Shown here in pieces: positions 52,178 through 62,389 of a stretch of 64,000 nucleotides of DNA (position 1 is the stretch's first letter; each line of letters starts with the position of its first letter). The notes beneath the pieces are model-generated. The model ran no database searches, was not told the origin of the DNA, and saw only the letters and a program-made list of their open reading frames with translations. The position numbers were made by a program, and so were the translations under genes. The stretch is from Acidimicrobiia bacterium. GTDB lineage: Bacteria > Actinomycetota > Acidimicrobiia > Spongiisociales > UBA5794. The DNA lies in assembly GCA_041393965.1 (NCBI GenBank), contig JAWKJB010000003.1, forward strand, positions 192,488 through 256,487, read 5' to 3'.

Positions 52178-52939
52178 ATGGACGGCTCGATGTCACACCT
52201 CACCAGGCTCGTCGCCCAAGCCGACGCCATTCTCATCCTGAGCGGCGCAGGGATCTCCACGGCAAGTGGCATCCCCGATTTTCGCGGACCAAACGGGATC
52301 TGGAAGGCCGAACGCCCCGTCCCGTTCGACGAGTTCCTCACCAACGAGCAACGCCGGATCGCGTCCTGGGAACAGAAGGTACGAGCCGCCGAGGTCCTCC
52401 GGGACGCACGACCGAATGCTGTTCATGTGGCGTGTGTCGAGCTCGAGGCCTCTGGCAAGCTCGAGATGGTTGCCACACAGAACATCGACGGTCTGCACGC
52501 CGAGGCGGGCACCTCGCCCGGACGGCTCGTCGAGTTGCATGGCACCGGCCGGGAGGCCGGGTGCCTGTCGTGCGGTGAACGCACACCGATCGAGCCGCAT
52601 CTCGAGCGGTTTGTGGCGACGGGAACAGCGCCGACCTGTGCGGCGTGTGGTGGTCTCCTCAAGTCGGCGACCATCAGTTTCGGGCAGGCCCTCGATCCGC
52701 TTGTGCTCGATCGGGCTCATCGGGCGGCGGAGCGCTGCGATCTGGTGGTGGCACTCGGGACCTCGCTCAGCGTGTATCCCGCCGCGGACCTTCCTCTGAC
52801 GGCGGTTCGTCGAGGTATTCCGTACGCAATTGTCAATCGGGGCGGTACCGACCACGACACCTGGACCGGAGTAACGGTGCGCATCGATGGTGATGTCAAC
52901 GAGGTGTTTCCACAAGTGGTCGCGGCCGCCATCGGCTGA
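52178..52939 (+). CDS. cobB: NAD-dependent protein deacylase (Sir2/CobB sirtuin)
   Basis: start MDGSMSH (52178); GAGIST…GIPDFRG, QNIDGLH, zinc-binding Cys pairs (CLSCG…CAAC). Confidence 0.85.
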   Translation: MDGSMSHLTRLVAQADAILILSGAGISTASGIPDFRGPNGIWKAERPVPFDEFLTNEQRRIASWEQKVRAAEVLRDARPNAVHVACVELEASGKLEMVATQNIDGLHAEAGTSPGRLVELHGTGREAGCLSCGERTPIEPHLERFVATGTAPTCAACGGLLKSATISFGQALDPLVLDRAHRAAERCDLVVALGTSLSVYPAADLPLTAVRRGIPYAIVNRGGTDHDTWTGVTVRIDGDVNEVFPQVVAAAIG

Positions 52940-52995
52940 AGTGACGCCGCGCGGGGTCACTATCGTTTGGACGAGTCGACGGTGAGGAGGAGACG

Positions 52996-54384
52996 ATGCG
53001 GGTCGAGAAGGACTCGATGGGCGAGGTGTCCGTGCCGGACGGTGCGTACTACGGTGCCTCGACCCAACGGGCCGTTGACAACTTCCCGATCTCGAACCTC
53101 CGATTCGGACGCTCGTTCATCTGGGCCCTCGGCCTCCTCAAGGCCTCAGCCGCCGAAACGAACCTCACGCTCGGTCTGATCGACGAGCGGCAGGCAGACG
53201 CGATCATCGCGGCGGCCGAGGAAGTCATGAACGGGGACCTCGACGACCAGTTCGTCCTCGACATCTTTCAGACGGGATCCGGCACATCGACGAACATGAA
53301 CGCGAACGAGGTGATCGCAAACCGAGCGACGGAGATCCTCGGCGGGGAGCTCGGATCAAAGTTGATCCACCCGAACGACCATGTCAACGCGAGCCAGTCC
53401 TCGAACGACACCATTCCCACCGCTATCCATGTGGCTGCCGTGGCCGGCATCGAGCAGCGGCTCCTTCCCGCACTCGATGCCCTCGCCGAATCGCTCGAGG
53501 CCAAGTCCGACGAGTTCGACGATGTGCTCAAGTCGGGCCGAACCCATCTGATGGATGCAACACCGGTCCGTCTCGGCCAGGAGTTTGGCGGCTACGCCGC
53601 CCAGGTGCGCAAGGGCATTGCCCGTCTTCGGGCGATCCTTCCGGACCTGCACGAGCTCGCGCTCGGCGGAACGGCGGTCGGGACGGGTATCAATGCCCCG
53701 CAAGGTTTTGCGTCGGGGACGATCGGGCGCATGGCGGAACGATCCGGATATCCCTTCGTCGAGGCAGCGGATCATTTCGAGGCGCAGGCGTCCAAAGATG
53801 CCGTCGTCAGCGCATCTGGGGCACTCAAGACGGTTGCCGTGTCCTTGTTCAAGATCTCGAACGACCTCCGATGGCTCTCATCGGGCCCACGAACGGGTAT
53901 CGCCGAGATCACCCTTCCCTCGCTCCAGCCCGGATCCTCGATCATGCCGGGGAAGGTCAACCCGGTGATTTCGGAGATGATGATGCAGGTTGCGAGCCAT
54001 GTGATCGGAAACGACACCGCCATCACATGGGGCGGTGCCAACGGCAACTTCGAGCTCAATGTGATGATGCCGATGATGGCTCACAACCTGCTTGAGTCCA
54101 TCGACCTCCTCGCGTCGGCGGCGGCGGTCATGCGGGACAAGATGGTGGTCGGGATCGAGGCAAACTCGGAGCGAGCCAAGTGGCTCCTCGAGCAGAATGT
54201 GATCATCATTACGGCGCTCGTTCCACTGATCGGATACGACACCTCTGCCGAGGTGGCGAAGAAGGCGTTTGCCGAGGGCCGAAGCGTCCGTGAGGTCGCC
54301 CTCGAGATGGGAGTGCTTCCCGAAGAGGAGCTCAACGCTGCGCTTGATCTGCGCCCGATGACCGAGGGTGGTATCACGGGTTGA
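52996..54384 (+). CDS. fumC: class II fumarate hydratase (aspartase/fumarase superfamily; fumC more likely than aspA)
   Basis: 462 aa; GSSIMPGKVNP signature; QSSNDTIPTAIHVAA and N-terminal region closer to FumC than AspA. Confidence 0.8.
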   Translation: MRVEKDSMGEVSVPDGAYYGASTQRAVDNFPISNLRFGRSFIWALGLLKASAAETNLTLGLIDERQADAIIAAAEEVMNGDLDDQFVLDIFQTGSGTSTNMNANEVIANRATEILGGELGSKLIHPNDHVNASQSSNDTIPTAIHVAAVAGIEQRLLPALDALAESLEAKSDEFDDVLKSGRTHLMDATPVRLGQEFGGYAAQVRKGIARLRAILPDLHELALGGTAVGTGINAPQGFASGTIGRMAERSGYPFVEAADHFEAQASKDAVVSASGALKTVAVSLFKISNDLRWLSSGPRTGIAEITLPSLQPGSSIMPGKVNPVISEMMMQVASHVIGNDTAITWGGANGNFELNVMMPMMAHNLLESIDLLASAAAVMRDKMVVGIEANSERAKWLLEQNVIIITALVPLIGYDTSAEVAKKAFAEGRSVREVALEMGVLPEEELNAALDLRPMTEGGITG

Positions 54385-54431
54385 GGTTCAGTCCGCCGCC
54401 GGCATCGGGCATGGGACCCGCGCGGGATCCG

Positions 54432-55952
54432 ATGATGGAGGGTTTCCTGTTCACCGATCAGTACCAGTTGACAATGGCCCAGCTGTACTGGAAGTACGGA
54501 CTTGCCGACACCACCGCCCAGTTCGACTACTTCTTCAGGCGGTACCCGAACTACGGCGAGCACCAGGCCGGGTACGCCGTCACCGCGGGCATGGGATGGC
54601 TCCTCGACTGGATCGAGACAACCCGCATCACCGCCGAGGATCTCGAGGCCCTTCGCGCACAAACCGACAGGACAGGATCGCGCCGTTTCGACGACGGTTT
54701 CCTGGCGTGGCTCGCCGAGGACGGGAGCTTCGACCGGCTCCGGATCAGGTCGATCGCCGAGGGTCGAATCGTCCATGCCGCCGAGCCGATCGCCGTCGTG
54801 GAAGGCCCCCTCGCGGTCGCTCAGATCCTTGAGACCTCACTGCTGAACCATCTCAACTACCAGACCCTGATCGCAACCAAGGCCTCCCGAATCGCCGAAC
54901 AGGCCCGAGGTGCCGTAGTGCTTGAGTTCGGGATGCGTCGGGGTCCTGATCAGGGGACGAACGCTGGCACGCGCGCGGCGCTGATCGGTGGGGCGCATGC
55001 CAGCTCCAATGTGGGCGCATCGGCGGTGTTCGGGACCGACCCAATGGGTACCCATGCTCATTCGATGGTGCAGCTGTTCATGGCGCTCGGTGAGGGCGAG
55101 ATCGGGGCTTTTCGGGCGTATGCCGCAACCTATCCGGACGAATGTCTGCTGCTCGTCGACACCATTGACACCTTGCGCAGCGGACTCCCGAACGCCATCG
55201 AGGTGTTCGGGGAGCTTCGAGCTCGGGGCCACGAGCCGGTAGGGATCCGTCTCGATTCGGGAGATCTTGCGCACCTCGCGGTCCGTTCCGCTGCCATGCT
55301 CGACGATGCCGGATTCCCCGATGTCGCGATCGTGCTGTCCTCGGACCTCGACGAACTCGCGATGTGGCAGATCCGGGAACAGATCATCCAGGAGGCACCC
55401 GCATATGGCCTCGAGCCCGACGCCGTTGTCGCAAGGCTCACCTACGGAGTCGGGACCCGGCTCGTCACCTCCCACGGCGACTCGGCGCTCGGCGGTGTGT
55501 ACAAGCTCGTCGGCATCGAACGCGACGGTGCACTTGCACCGGCAATCAAGGTCTCTGATTCGCCTGCGAAGATGCCGATTCCGGGCGACAAGCGCCTGTG
55601 GCGCGTCTATGACCAGCGCGGCCTCGCAACGGCCGATGTGGTTGCTCTCACCGGTGAATCTGTGGCACGGAACGAACCGATCACGGTGCACCATCCGCAC
55701 CAGCCGGGCGTCAGCCGTCGCCTCGACGCCGGTCAGGTCCACGATGTGGAGGAACTCCATGTCGTCGTGTTCGACACGGGACAGCGCCGGGACCGGGATG
55801 GGAGCATCGATGCCCTCCGTGCCCGCCGCGACGCCGACCTTGACCGGCTCGATGTCGGTGTCAGACGCCTCGTCAATCCCCACCGATACCATGTTTCGGT
55901 GACCGATGGCGTGCGCGACCTTCGCGACCGGCTCCTTGCCGGGTACCACTAA
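54432..55952 (+). CDS. pncB: nicotinate phosphoribosyltransferase
   Basis: NAPRTase family N-terminus (…LFTDQYQLTMAQ…) and central phosphoribosyltransferase barrel (…HAHSMVQ…); start 54432/54435 (ORF opens 54381). Confidence 0.85.
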   Translation: MMEGFLFTDQYQLTMAQLYWKYGLADTTAQFDYFFRRYPNYGEHQAGYAVTAGMGWLLDWIETTRITAEDLEALRAQTDRTGSRRFDDGFLAWLAEDGSFDRLRIRSIAEGRIVHAAEPIAVVEGPLAVAQILETSLLNHLNYQTLIATKASRIAEQARGAVVLEFGMRRGPDQGTNAGTRAALIGGAHASSNVGASAVFGTDPMGTHAHSMVQLFMALGEGEIGAFRAYAATYPDECLLLVDTIDTLRSGLPNAIEVFGELRARGHEPVGIRLDSGDLAHLAVRSAAMLDDAGFPDVAIVLSSDLDELAMWQIREQIIQEAPAYGLEPDAVVARLTYGVGTRLVTSHGDSALGGVYKLVGIERDGALAPAIKVSDSPAKMPIPGDKRLWRVYDQRGLATADVVALTGESVARNEPITVHHPHQPGVSRRLDAGQVHDVEELHVVVFDTGQRRDRDGSIDALRARRDADLDRLDVGVRRLVNPHRYHVSVTDGVRDLRDRLLAGYH

Positions 55953-56533
55953 CGCACGGTGACGCCTGCGTCGACCATGGTGGCGATGGCGCGGGCACCG
56001 TCGCCGGGTTCGAGATCAACCGCGGCGATACCGTCAGCAACAACGATGGTCTCATAGCCGAGCCTGACGGCGTCGAGGCAGGTAGCAAGCACGCAGTAAT
56101 CGGTGGCAAGCCCGACGACGACCACCGTGTCGATGCCGTGAGCGGTCAGCATGCCACCAAGCTCGGTCGGGATCTCATCACCCGAGGTGGGATCACGCAT
56201 GGTGAACCCGGAGTATCCATCCTCCCCGTTCGTGCCCTTTCGAACGACCGGTCCGGTGGCCGTGCAGTCGGCGTGGAACTCCGCGCCCCAGGAATCTGCG
56301 ACACAGTGCACCGGCCAGATCCCGCCATCCTTGGCGAAATGGGGGGTGGATTCGGGGTGCCAGTCCTGGGTTCTGACGACAAGGGATCCCGCTGCCGCTG
56401 CCGCGTCGGCCTGTTCGTTGATCGATGTCATCACCCGCGGTGCGCCGGAGACGAACAGCGACCCATCCGGATGGGCAAAGTCGTTCTGGACATCGACGAC
56501 GATGAGCGCCGTGGTCTCTCCATAGGTGATCAT
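55949..56533 (-). CDS. pncA: nicotinamidase/pyrazinamidase (isochorismatase family)
   Basis: 194 aa; ALIVVDVQNDF, catalytic Cys in VVVGLATDYCV, metal-binding His/Asp region (…DWHPE…). Confidence 0.85.
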   Translation of the reverse strand: MITYGETTALIVVDVQNDFAHPDGSLFVSGAPRVMTSINEQADAAAAAGSLVVRTQDWHPESTPHFAKDGGIWPVHCVADSWGAEFHADCTATGPVVRKGTNGEDGYSGFTMRDPTSGDEIPTELGGMLTAHGIDTVVVVGLATDYCVLATCLDAVRLGYETIVVADGIAAVDLEPGDGARAIATMVDAGVTVR

Positions 56534-56543
56534 GGATCGGCGG

Positions 56544-57002
56544 TCATGTCGTCACGCCGGCCTGTTCGAGTGCGTTGGCAAGCGTGGTCCAGGCGAGGTC
56601 GGCGCACTTGATCCGCACAGGGAACTTGCGGACTCCCTGGAGCGCTTCGAGGTCGCCGAGGACCGAACCGGGCCGTTCCTCGTCGACGGGATTCTCGCCC
56701 TCCTCGATCGACATCATGGTTCGGAACTTGTGGGCGAGATCGGTGATCTCGCCGGTCGTCTTCCCGACGATCGACTCCATCATCATGGAGCCCGACGCCT
56801 GCGAGATCGAACACCCCTGTCCCTGCATGGCGGCGTCGGTGACGACATCATCCTCGATGACGATGTCGAGGTAGAACTCGTCGCCACACGACGGATTGGT
56901 TCCCTCGGCGTGGATGTGGTCGGCCTCGATACGGCCCCTTCGCCTCGGGTTGCGGTAGTGATCGAGGATCACACCACGGTACAGCTCGTCGAGTTCTGCC
57001 AT
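56544..57002 (-). CDS. sufU: SUF system NifU-family Fe-S cluster assembly scaffold SufU
   Basis: conserved Cys residues (…NPSCGDE…; …GQGCSISQAS…; …KCADLAW…). Confidence 0.85.
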   Translation of the reverse strand: MAELDELYRGVILDHYRNPRRRGRIEADHIHAEGTNPSCGDEFYLDIVIEDDVVTDAAMQGQGCSISQASGSMMMESIVGKTTGEITDLAHKFRTMMSIEEGENPVDEERPGSVLGDLEALQGVRKFPVRIKCADLAWTTLANALEQAGVTT

Positions 57003-57050
57003 TCAGGTCCTGGTCCGCTGGGTTCGAGGATACCGGTGGGGGGTGAGCAC

Positions 57051-58277
57051 TCAGGCGAGCCCGAAGATCCTGCGCGCCTTGTGGAGGGACTCGACGAGCA
57101 CATCGACCTCCTCGAGCGTGTTGTAGAGGTAGAACGAGGCTCTTGCGGTGGCGGGTATGGCAAGGTACTTCATGAGCGGCCGCGCGCAGTGATGACCCGC
57201 CCGCACCGCAACACCGTCCTGGTCGAGGATGGTTGCGATGTCATGCGGATGGATGTCTCCGAGCTCGAAGCTCACGGCGCCGCCGCGCCTCGACACATCC
57301 TTCGGGCCGTAGATCGTCAAGTCGGGCACCTCGGACAGCCGCTCGAGTGCGTACTGGGTCAGGGCGCGTTCGTGCCCAACGATGGTCTCCATGCCGATGG
57401 CTTCGAGGTAATCCACGGCGGCACCGAAGCCGATCGCCTCGGCGATCGGTGGTGTCCCCGCTTCGAATTTGTGGGGGACCGGCGCCCAGGTCGCCGAGTG
57501 CCGCTCGACGGTGTTGATCATTTCCCCGCCACCTTCGGTCGGCTCCATCTCCTCAAGGAGTTCGGCGCGCCCCCAGAGGGCCCCGATCCCGGTCGGGCCG
57601 AGCATCTTGTGTGAGGAGAAGGCAAGGAAGTCGACTTGAAGCTCCGTGACATCCACCGCGGTGTGCGGCACGAGCTGGGCACCGTCGAGGACCGAGATGG
57701 CCCCAACCGAGCGCGCCGCGGCCGACAGGGTCTCGATCGGGCCGAGTGCACCCGTGACATTGGACATGCCGGAAAAGGCGATGACCCGGGTTCGCTCGTC
57801 GATCACGGTGTCGAGCTGGCTCGTGTCGACGCCGTAGTCGTCGTCGAGCTCGAGATAGGCGAGTTCGGCGCCCGTGTAGCGCGCGACGAGCTGCCACGGC
57901 ACGATGTTGGCGTGGTGTTCCATGATCGTCACCACGATGCGGTCCCCGTCGCGAAGGTGGTTCAGACCCCACCCGTAGGCGATGTAGTTGAGTGCGGTCG
58001 TTGTTCCCCTTGTGAAGACCAGGTGCGCCGGGGACGCGCCGATGAAGGAGGCAACCTTCGACCGGGCTGTCTCATACTGCTCGGTCGCCTCTGCCGCGAG
58101 CGTGTGGGCGCCACGATGCACATTGGCATTCGAGGTCTCGTAGTAGGTGTCCATGGCGTCGAGCACCGACCGTGGCTTCTGCGTGGTGGCTGCCGAGTCG
58201 AGGTAGACGAGCGGCTTTCCGTTGACCTCGCGTCCGAGAATCGGGAAGTCCGACCGGAGCGCCCGCAGGTCGCTCAC
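57051..58277 (-). CDS. sufS: cysteine desulfurase SufS (class V aminotransferase, group II)
   Basis: 408 aa; PLP-Lys region (SSHKMLGPTGIG), active-site Cys loop (…RAGHHCARPL…). Confidence 0.9.
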   Translation of the reverse strand: MSDLRALRSDFPILGREVNGKPLVYLDSAATTQKPRSVLDAMDTYYETSNANVHRGAHTLAAEATEQYETARSKVASFIGASPAHLVFTRGTTTALNYIAYGWGLNHLRDGDRIVVTIMEHHANIVPWQLVARYTGAELAYLELDDDYGVDTSQLDTVIDERTRVIAFSGMSNVTGALGPIETLSAAARSVGAISVLDGAQLVPHTAVDVTELQVDFLAFSSHKMLGPTGIGALWGRAELLEEMEPTEGGGEMINTVERHSATWAPVPHKFEAGTPPIAEAIGFGAAVDYLEAIGMETIVGHERALTQYALERLSEVPDLTIYGPKDVSRRGGAVSFELGDIHPHDIATILDQDGVAVRAGHHCARPLMKYLAIPATARASFYLYNTLEEVDVLVESLHKARRIFGLA

Positions 58278-59026
58278 CCGACGCCGACCTCCGGCCGGAA
58301 CGCCTCGTACCCTGCTTCTTCGATGGCGTCCGCGAGCTCGGCAGTGCCGGATTCGACGATCGTACCGTCCACGAAGACATGGACGAAGTCGGGCGTGATG
58401 TAGTCGAGCATCCGCTGGTAGTGGGTAATGATGAGGAAACCCCGTTGCTCGTTCTGGAGCCTCGTGACGCCTTCAGCCACGATCTTGAGCGCATCGATGT
58501 CGAGTCCGCTGTCGGTCTCGTCCAACACCGCGAATTCGGGTTCGAGGACCGCCATCTGGAGGATCTCGTTGCGTTTGCGTTCGCCGCCGGAGAAACCCTC
58601 ATTGAGGTAGCGGTCGGCGAACGATGGATCCATGTCGAGGTCCCGCATGGCGTCCATCACCTTGAGGCGCAGCTCGAGGACCGTGAGATCGGTCCCCGTC
58701 TTGTTCGACAGTGCGGTGCGGAGGAAGTTCACGACGCTGACGCCGGGGATCTCCTCGGGGTACTGGAAGCCGAGGAACATTCCGACCTTCCCGCGCTTGT
58801 CAGGAGACCACTCGGTGATGTCCTCGCCCTTGAAGCGAACGGAACCAGAGACCTCGTAGGCGGGATGGCCGAGGAGGATGTTGGCAAGGGTCGACTTGCC
58901 GGATCCGTTGGGACCCATGATGGCATGCGTCTCGCCCGCGTTGATCGTCACATCGACCCCTTTGAGAATCGGGGTGCCGTCGACGGAGGCGTGCAGGTTG
59001 CTGACCTCAAGGAGGGGCGTTGGCAT
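58274..59026 (-). CDS. sufC: Fe-S cluster assembly ATPase SufC (copy 2)
   Basis: start MPTPLLEV… (59026; the ORF extends to 59080); Walker A GPNGSGKST, signature FSGGERKR, Walker B VLDETDSGLD; only ~45% identical to copy 1. Confidence 0.88.
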   Translation of the reverse strand: MPTPLLEVSNLHASVDGTPILKGVDVTINAGETHAIMGPNGSGKSTLANILLGHPAYEVSGSVRFKGEDITEWSPDKRGKVGMFLGFQYPEEIPGVSVVNFLRTALSNKTGTDLTVLELRLKVMDAMRDLDMDPSFADRYLNEGFSGGERKRNEILQMAVLEPEFAVLDETDSGLDIDALKIVAEGVTRLQNEQRGFLIITHYQRMLDYITPDFVHVFVDGTIVESGTAELADAIEEAGYEAFRPEVGVG

Positions 59027-59134
59027 CGTCGTCATGGGGCGAGGATACCCCGTCAGATGGCCCAAGGAAGCGGTTTCCAATATGCTGGTAGGTGAAACAC
59101 GGTTGGGTGGGCAGGAGGTCCGCCGTGAGCGTCG

Positions 59135-60067
59135 TCAGGTGCCGATGGCCTCGAAGACGAGGCGCATCCGATCGAGGTCGATGGCGTCGAGTGGCCGGTA
59201 CTCCTGGATGTAGTACCGACCGATGCCCCACGACATCAGACGGTCGATGACGGCTCTTGCCATCTCGGGAGTCCCGTGTGGCACGCCGCGAGCATCGAGC
59301 AGGTCGCGGTAATCGGTGGCCGAGATGCCACGCCGTGCTCCCCGCGTCTCGAGCGCCTCGGCGTGTTCGCGTTCCGACTCGTGGATGAGGACCGGTCCCG
59401 CGAACGACACGAGGATCGCGTCCGGGTCACGGCTTGCGGCCACAGCTGCCGTGCGCATCGTCTCGACCCGCTCGTCGAGGTTGTGGCGTTCCGTGACGAA
59501 CAGGTTGTATTCGTCGGCGTATCGCCCCGCGAGCTGCGGTGTGCGGCGTCGCCCGGCGCCGCCGATGACGATGGCGAACCCGTCCGAGACGCGTGGGTGC
59601 ACCCTCGTGATGTCGAGCGAGTGATGGGTTCCCGGGACGGAACCGCCTCCGGATGTGATCGCGGCGATCACTGCCAGCGCCTCTTCGAGCCGATCGAACC
59701 GCTCTTCGATCGGGGGGAGGTCGACGCCGAATGCCTCATGTTCGGAACGCATCCAGCCTGCCCCGACGCCGAGGGTGAACCGACCGCCGGACATCTCGTC
59801 GATGGTCGCCGCCGATTTGGCGAGGACGGCGGGGTGGCGGAAGGTGATGGGTGAGACAAGCGACACGAGTCGGATCTTCGAGGTTTCGCGTGCGAGGCCC
59901 CCGAATGAGACAAGGGCATCGGTCGCATCGTTCGAGTCCTCCCCGTCGAGGTAGTGATCCGACCGGGCGAAGGCCGCAAAGCCCGTCGCTTCGGCCCACC
60001 GTGCGAGCTCGATGAGGCGCTCGTACGACCCACCGCATTGCGGCTCGACGAAGAGGCCGAGTTCCAT
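59135..60067 (-). CDS. LLM class flavin/F420-dependent oxidoreductase
   Basis: start MELGLFVEP (60067); LLM motifs (…LGVGAGW…). Confidence 0.75.
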   Translation of the reverse strand: MELGLFVEPQCGGSYERLIELARWAEATGFAAFARSDHYLDGEDSNDATDALVSFGGLARETSKIRLVSLVSPITFRHPAVLAKSAATIDEMSGGRFTLGVGAGWMRSEHEAFGVDLPPIEERFDRLEEALAVIAAITSGGGSVPGTHHSLDITRVHPRVSDGFAIVIGGAGRRRTPQLAGRYADEYNLFVTERHNLDERVETMRTAAVAASRDPDAILVSFAGPVLIHESEREHAEALETRGARRGISATDYRDLLDARGVPHGTPEMARAVIDRLMSWGIGRYYIQEYRPLDAIDLDRMRLVFEAIGT

Positions 60068-60078
60068 CGCGTCCGTCC

Positions 60079-60693
60079 TCACCACCCGCGCTCGATCCAC
60101 ACGGGGAGCTGGTCGCGTTCGGTCCCGATCGTCGTGCCTGCACCGTGCCCGGGGAGCACGATGGTGGAGTCGTCAAGGATGAACAAATGGTCCCGGATCG
60201 AGGCGATGATCGTGTCGAACGAGCTGTACTCGAATCGGGTGGCCCCCGGCCCACCGGGAAACAGCGTGTCGCCGGTGAGCACGACGCCATCGAGCACGAC
60301 GCAGATCGACCCCGGTGTGTGGCCCGGCGTATGGATGATCTGCGCCGTCACTTCACCGAAGGAAAGCGGTCCGGTGGCGAGGGGCGAGAACGGCTTGGCC
60401 GCGATGGTGAGATCGGCTGGGTGGAGGAGCACGGGTGCACCGAGGTGTCGACCGACCTCCTGGGCGGCTTGATGGTGATCCCAGTGGCCGTGTGTTGTCA
60501 CGATGGCGACGACATCAGCATCGGCAGCGAGCTCCACCAGTGCGTCGATGTCGTCTGCCGCATCGACAAGGAGTGCTTGGTTGGTGCCCGTGCAGCGCAC
60601 GAGGTATGCGTTGTTGTCGAGGGCGCCGACAGCGGCTTGATTGACAACGAACCCGGGACCGGTGATGGGGTCCGGTGTGGTGCTACTGAACAA
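60079..60693 (-). CDS. MBL-fold metallo-hydrolase (glyoxalase II-like)
   Basis: HxHxDH motif (TTHGHWDHH), downstream His/Asp ligands. Confidence 0.75.
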   Translation of the reverse strand: MFSSTTPDPITGPGFVVNQAAVGALDNNAYLVRCTGTNQALLVDAADDIDALVELAADADVVAIVTTHGHWDHHQAAQEVGRHLGAPVLLHPADLTIAAKPFSPLATGPLSFGEVTAQIIHTPGHTPGSICVVLDGVVLTGDTLFPGGPGATRFEYSSFDTIIASIRDHLFILDDSTIVLPGHGAGTTIGTERDQLPVWIERGW

Positions 60694-61306
60694 GGTCCTG
60701 CATGATCGCGTTGAGCTGCTCGATCGGGAGTTCGCCCGAAGTGCGGAGGGCGACGGTGCCGTCTGCGTTCAGGAATACCCAGTACGGGAACCCTCCTGAT
60801 CCGTAGGCGGTCAGCACGGAGTTCTTCTTGTCGTCGCGCAGCACGGGAACGGTCCAGCCCTCGCGCTCGAGCCAGTCCGACGGCGGATAGTTCTCGCGTG
60901 CCGAGTTCATCGAAGTCGCGACCGAGTACATGTCGACGCCATCGACTCCTCCACCGGCGTTCAGCCATGCCTGGACCTTCGGCACCTCGACCTGGCAGTG
61001 GGGGCACCAGTGGGCAAGGAACACAATGGCCTTGGCACGGCCATCCGCCGTGTCGATGACGACCGAGGATCCTTCGAAGTCCTCACCGATCGCACTCGGT
61101 GCGGGGAGCTCGTTGGCGGTGGTATCGACGGGACTGCTCGGTGGCATGAGGGGGAGGCCCGTGCCTTCGAGTTCCACGCTTCCGTACTCGGTGCCGACCT
61201 CGTTCGTTCCGAGCACGACGGCGAGGACAAGCAGCAGCACGATGCCGCCGCCGATGAGTCCGACGATGATGCCGGTCTTGCTCTTCGGTGTCGCTGTCGT
61301 CGTCAT
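60683..61306 (-). CDS. TlpA/ResA-like thiol-disulfide oxidoreductase (thioredoxin fold), membrane-anchored
   Basis: N-terminal TM helix; WCPHC active site; redoxin fold. Confidence 0.75.
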   Translation of the reverse strand: MTTTATPKSKTGIIVGLIGGGIVLLLVLAVVLGTNEVGTEYGSVELEGTGLPLMPPSSPVDTTANELPAPSAIGEDFEGSSVVIDTADGRAKAIVFLAHWCPHCQVEVPKVQAWLNAGGGVDGVDMYSVATSMNSARENYPPSDWLEREGWTVPVLRDDKKNSVLTAYGSGGFPYWVFLNADGTVALRTSGELPIEQLNAIMQDLVQ

Positions 61307-61319
61307 GGACTTCCTCGGT

Positions 61320-61871
61320 TCAGGGTGCAGACATCGTGGAGGTGTCGGTGCTCGGTCGGATTGCGTTCACTCGATCGGCCCACAGGAGGGTGAGGATAAG
61401 GGCGAAAGCGCTCAACGACATGTAGGGAATCGTGACGAAGCCGAACTTGTCGATCAGAGCAGCACTGCACGACGGCCCAGTCACCGCGCACGACCCGGCA
61501 TCGAGGTCGGGAAAGGCCTGGATGGTTCGGTGGTAAGCGGCGATGCCCAGCCCGATCGATGCGATGGTTGCTGCATACAGCCGCACCATGGAGTCCTTGC
61601 GGTACGCCGCCATCAGCAGGATGAGGGCGAGGGGATACATGGCGATACGCTGGAACCAGCAGTAACGGCACGGCACGAGATGTGCCACTTCGGACAGGTA
61701 CAGACTCCCGAGGGTTGCTGCGAGCGCGACGAACCCAGCCAGCCAGAGGGTCAGGCCCTCAAGTGCTTCGAATGGACTCCGATCACCGGAGCGACGAAGA
61801 ACGCCGGTGACGATCAGCCCGACCGTGAGGAGGTTGGCGGTGAGCGCGGCAAGGGCAAAGAAGGTTGCCAT
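61320..61871 (-). CDS. DsbB-family disulfide bond formation protein (BdbC-like)
   Basis: start MATFF… (61871); 4 TM helices; CRYCWFQRIAMYP motif in first extracytoplasmic loop plus second Cys pair (…GSCAVTGPSCS…); N-terminal ORF extension rejected. Confidence 0.6.
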   Translation of the reverse strand: MATFFALAALTANLLTVGLIVTGVLRRSGDRSPFEALEGLTLWLAGFVALAATLGSLYLSEVAHLVPCRYCWFQRIAMYPLALILLMAAYRKDSMVRLYAATIASIGLGIAAYHRTIQAFPDLDAGSCAVTGPSCSAALIDKFGFVTIPYMSLSAFALILTLLWADRVNAIRPSTDTSTMSAP

Positions 61872-61959
61872 CGTGTTGAAGTCCACGAACCTCTCCGTTC
61901 TCCGGTGGTGCGACGCTACCAGCGGCTCGGCGGTACCACGCCAAAGGTACGATGCTGAC

Positions 61960-62367
61960 ATGAACGGGCCCCTGTTCTTCGCCGTCCTGATGGTCGTCGT
62001 TCTTGCGTTCGGCGTCGCGATGTTCTGGCAGGAGTCCAAACGGGTTCGTGAGGACGCGGCGATCTACGGTGTGGAGGATTCGATCGAATTCGTGTGGGCG
62101 TCGCTCGGGGATGATCGGCGTGGACTCGACAAGTCCGATATCCGTCGGATCCTCGAGTGGGAACTGCATTACCTCCAACAGCCCCACTTGTGGGAGGCCG
62201 AGAGGAACGCGGTCGTCGGCAGTCAGGCATCGGCGGAGTATGTCCAGATCCATGCACTCGAAGCCGGATATGCCTACGAACCCGACCAGATCTTCGCCGT
62301 CCTCGACGGTCAGGCCTCGTATCTCGCTGCGATCGGGGCGATCGATTCGACAGACGAGACATCATGA
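61960..62367 (+). CDS. hypothetical protein with N-terminal TM helix
   Basis: ATG 61960 (MNGPLFFAVLMVVVLAFGV…); upstream part of the ORF overlaps DsbB and is rejected. Confidence 0.35.
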   Translation: MNGPLFFAVLMVVVLAFGVAMFWQESKRVREDAAIYGVEDSIEFVWASLGDDRRGLDKSDIRRILEWELHYLQQPHLWEAERNAVVGSQASAEYVQIHALEAGYAYEPDQIFAVLDGQASYLAAIGAIDSTDETS

Positions 62368-62389
62368 TGCATTTACAGGAAGACCGGGC

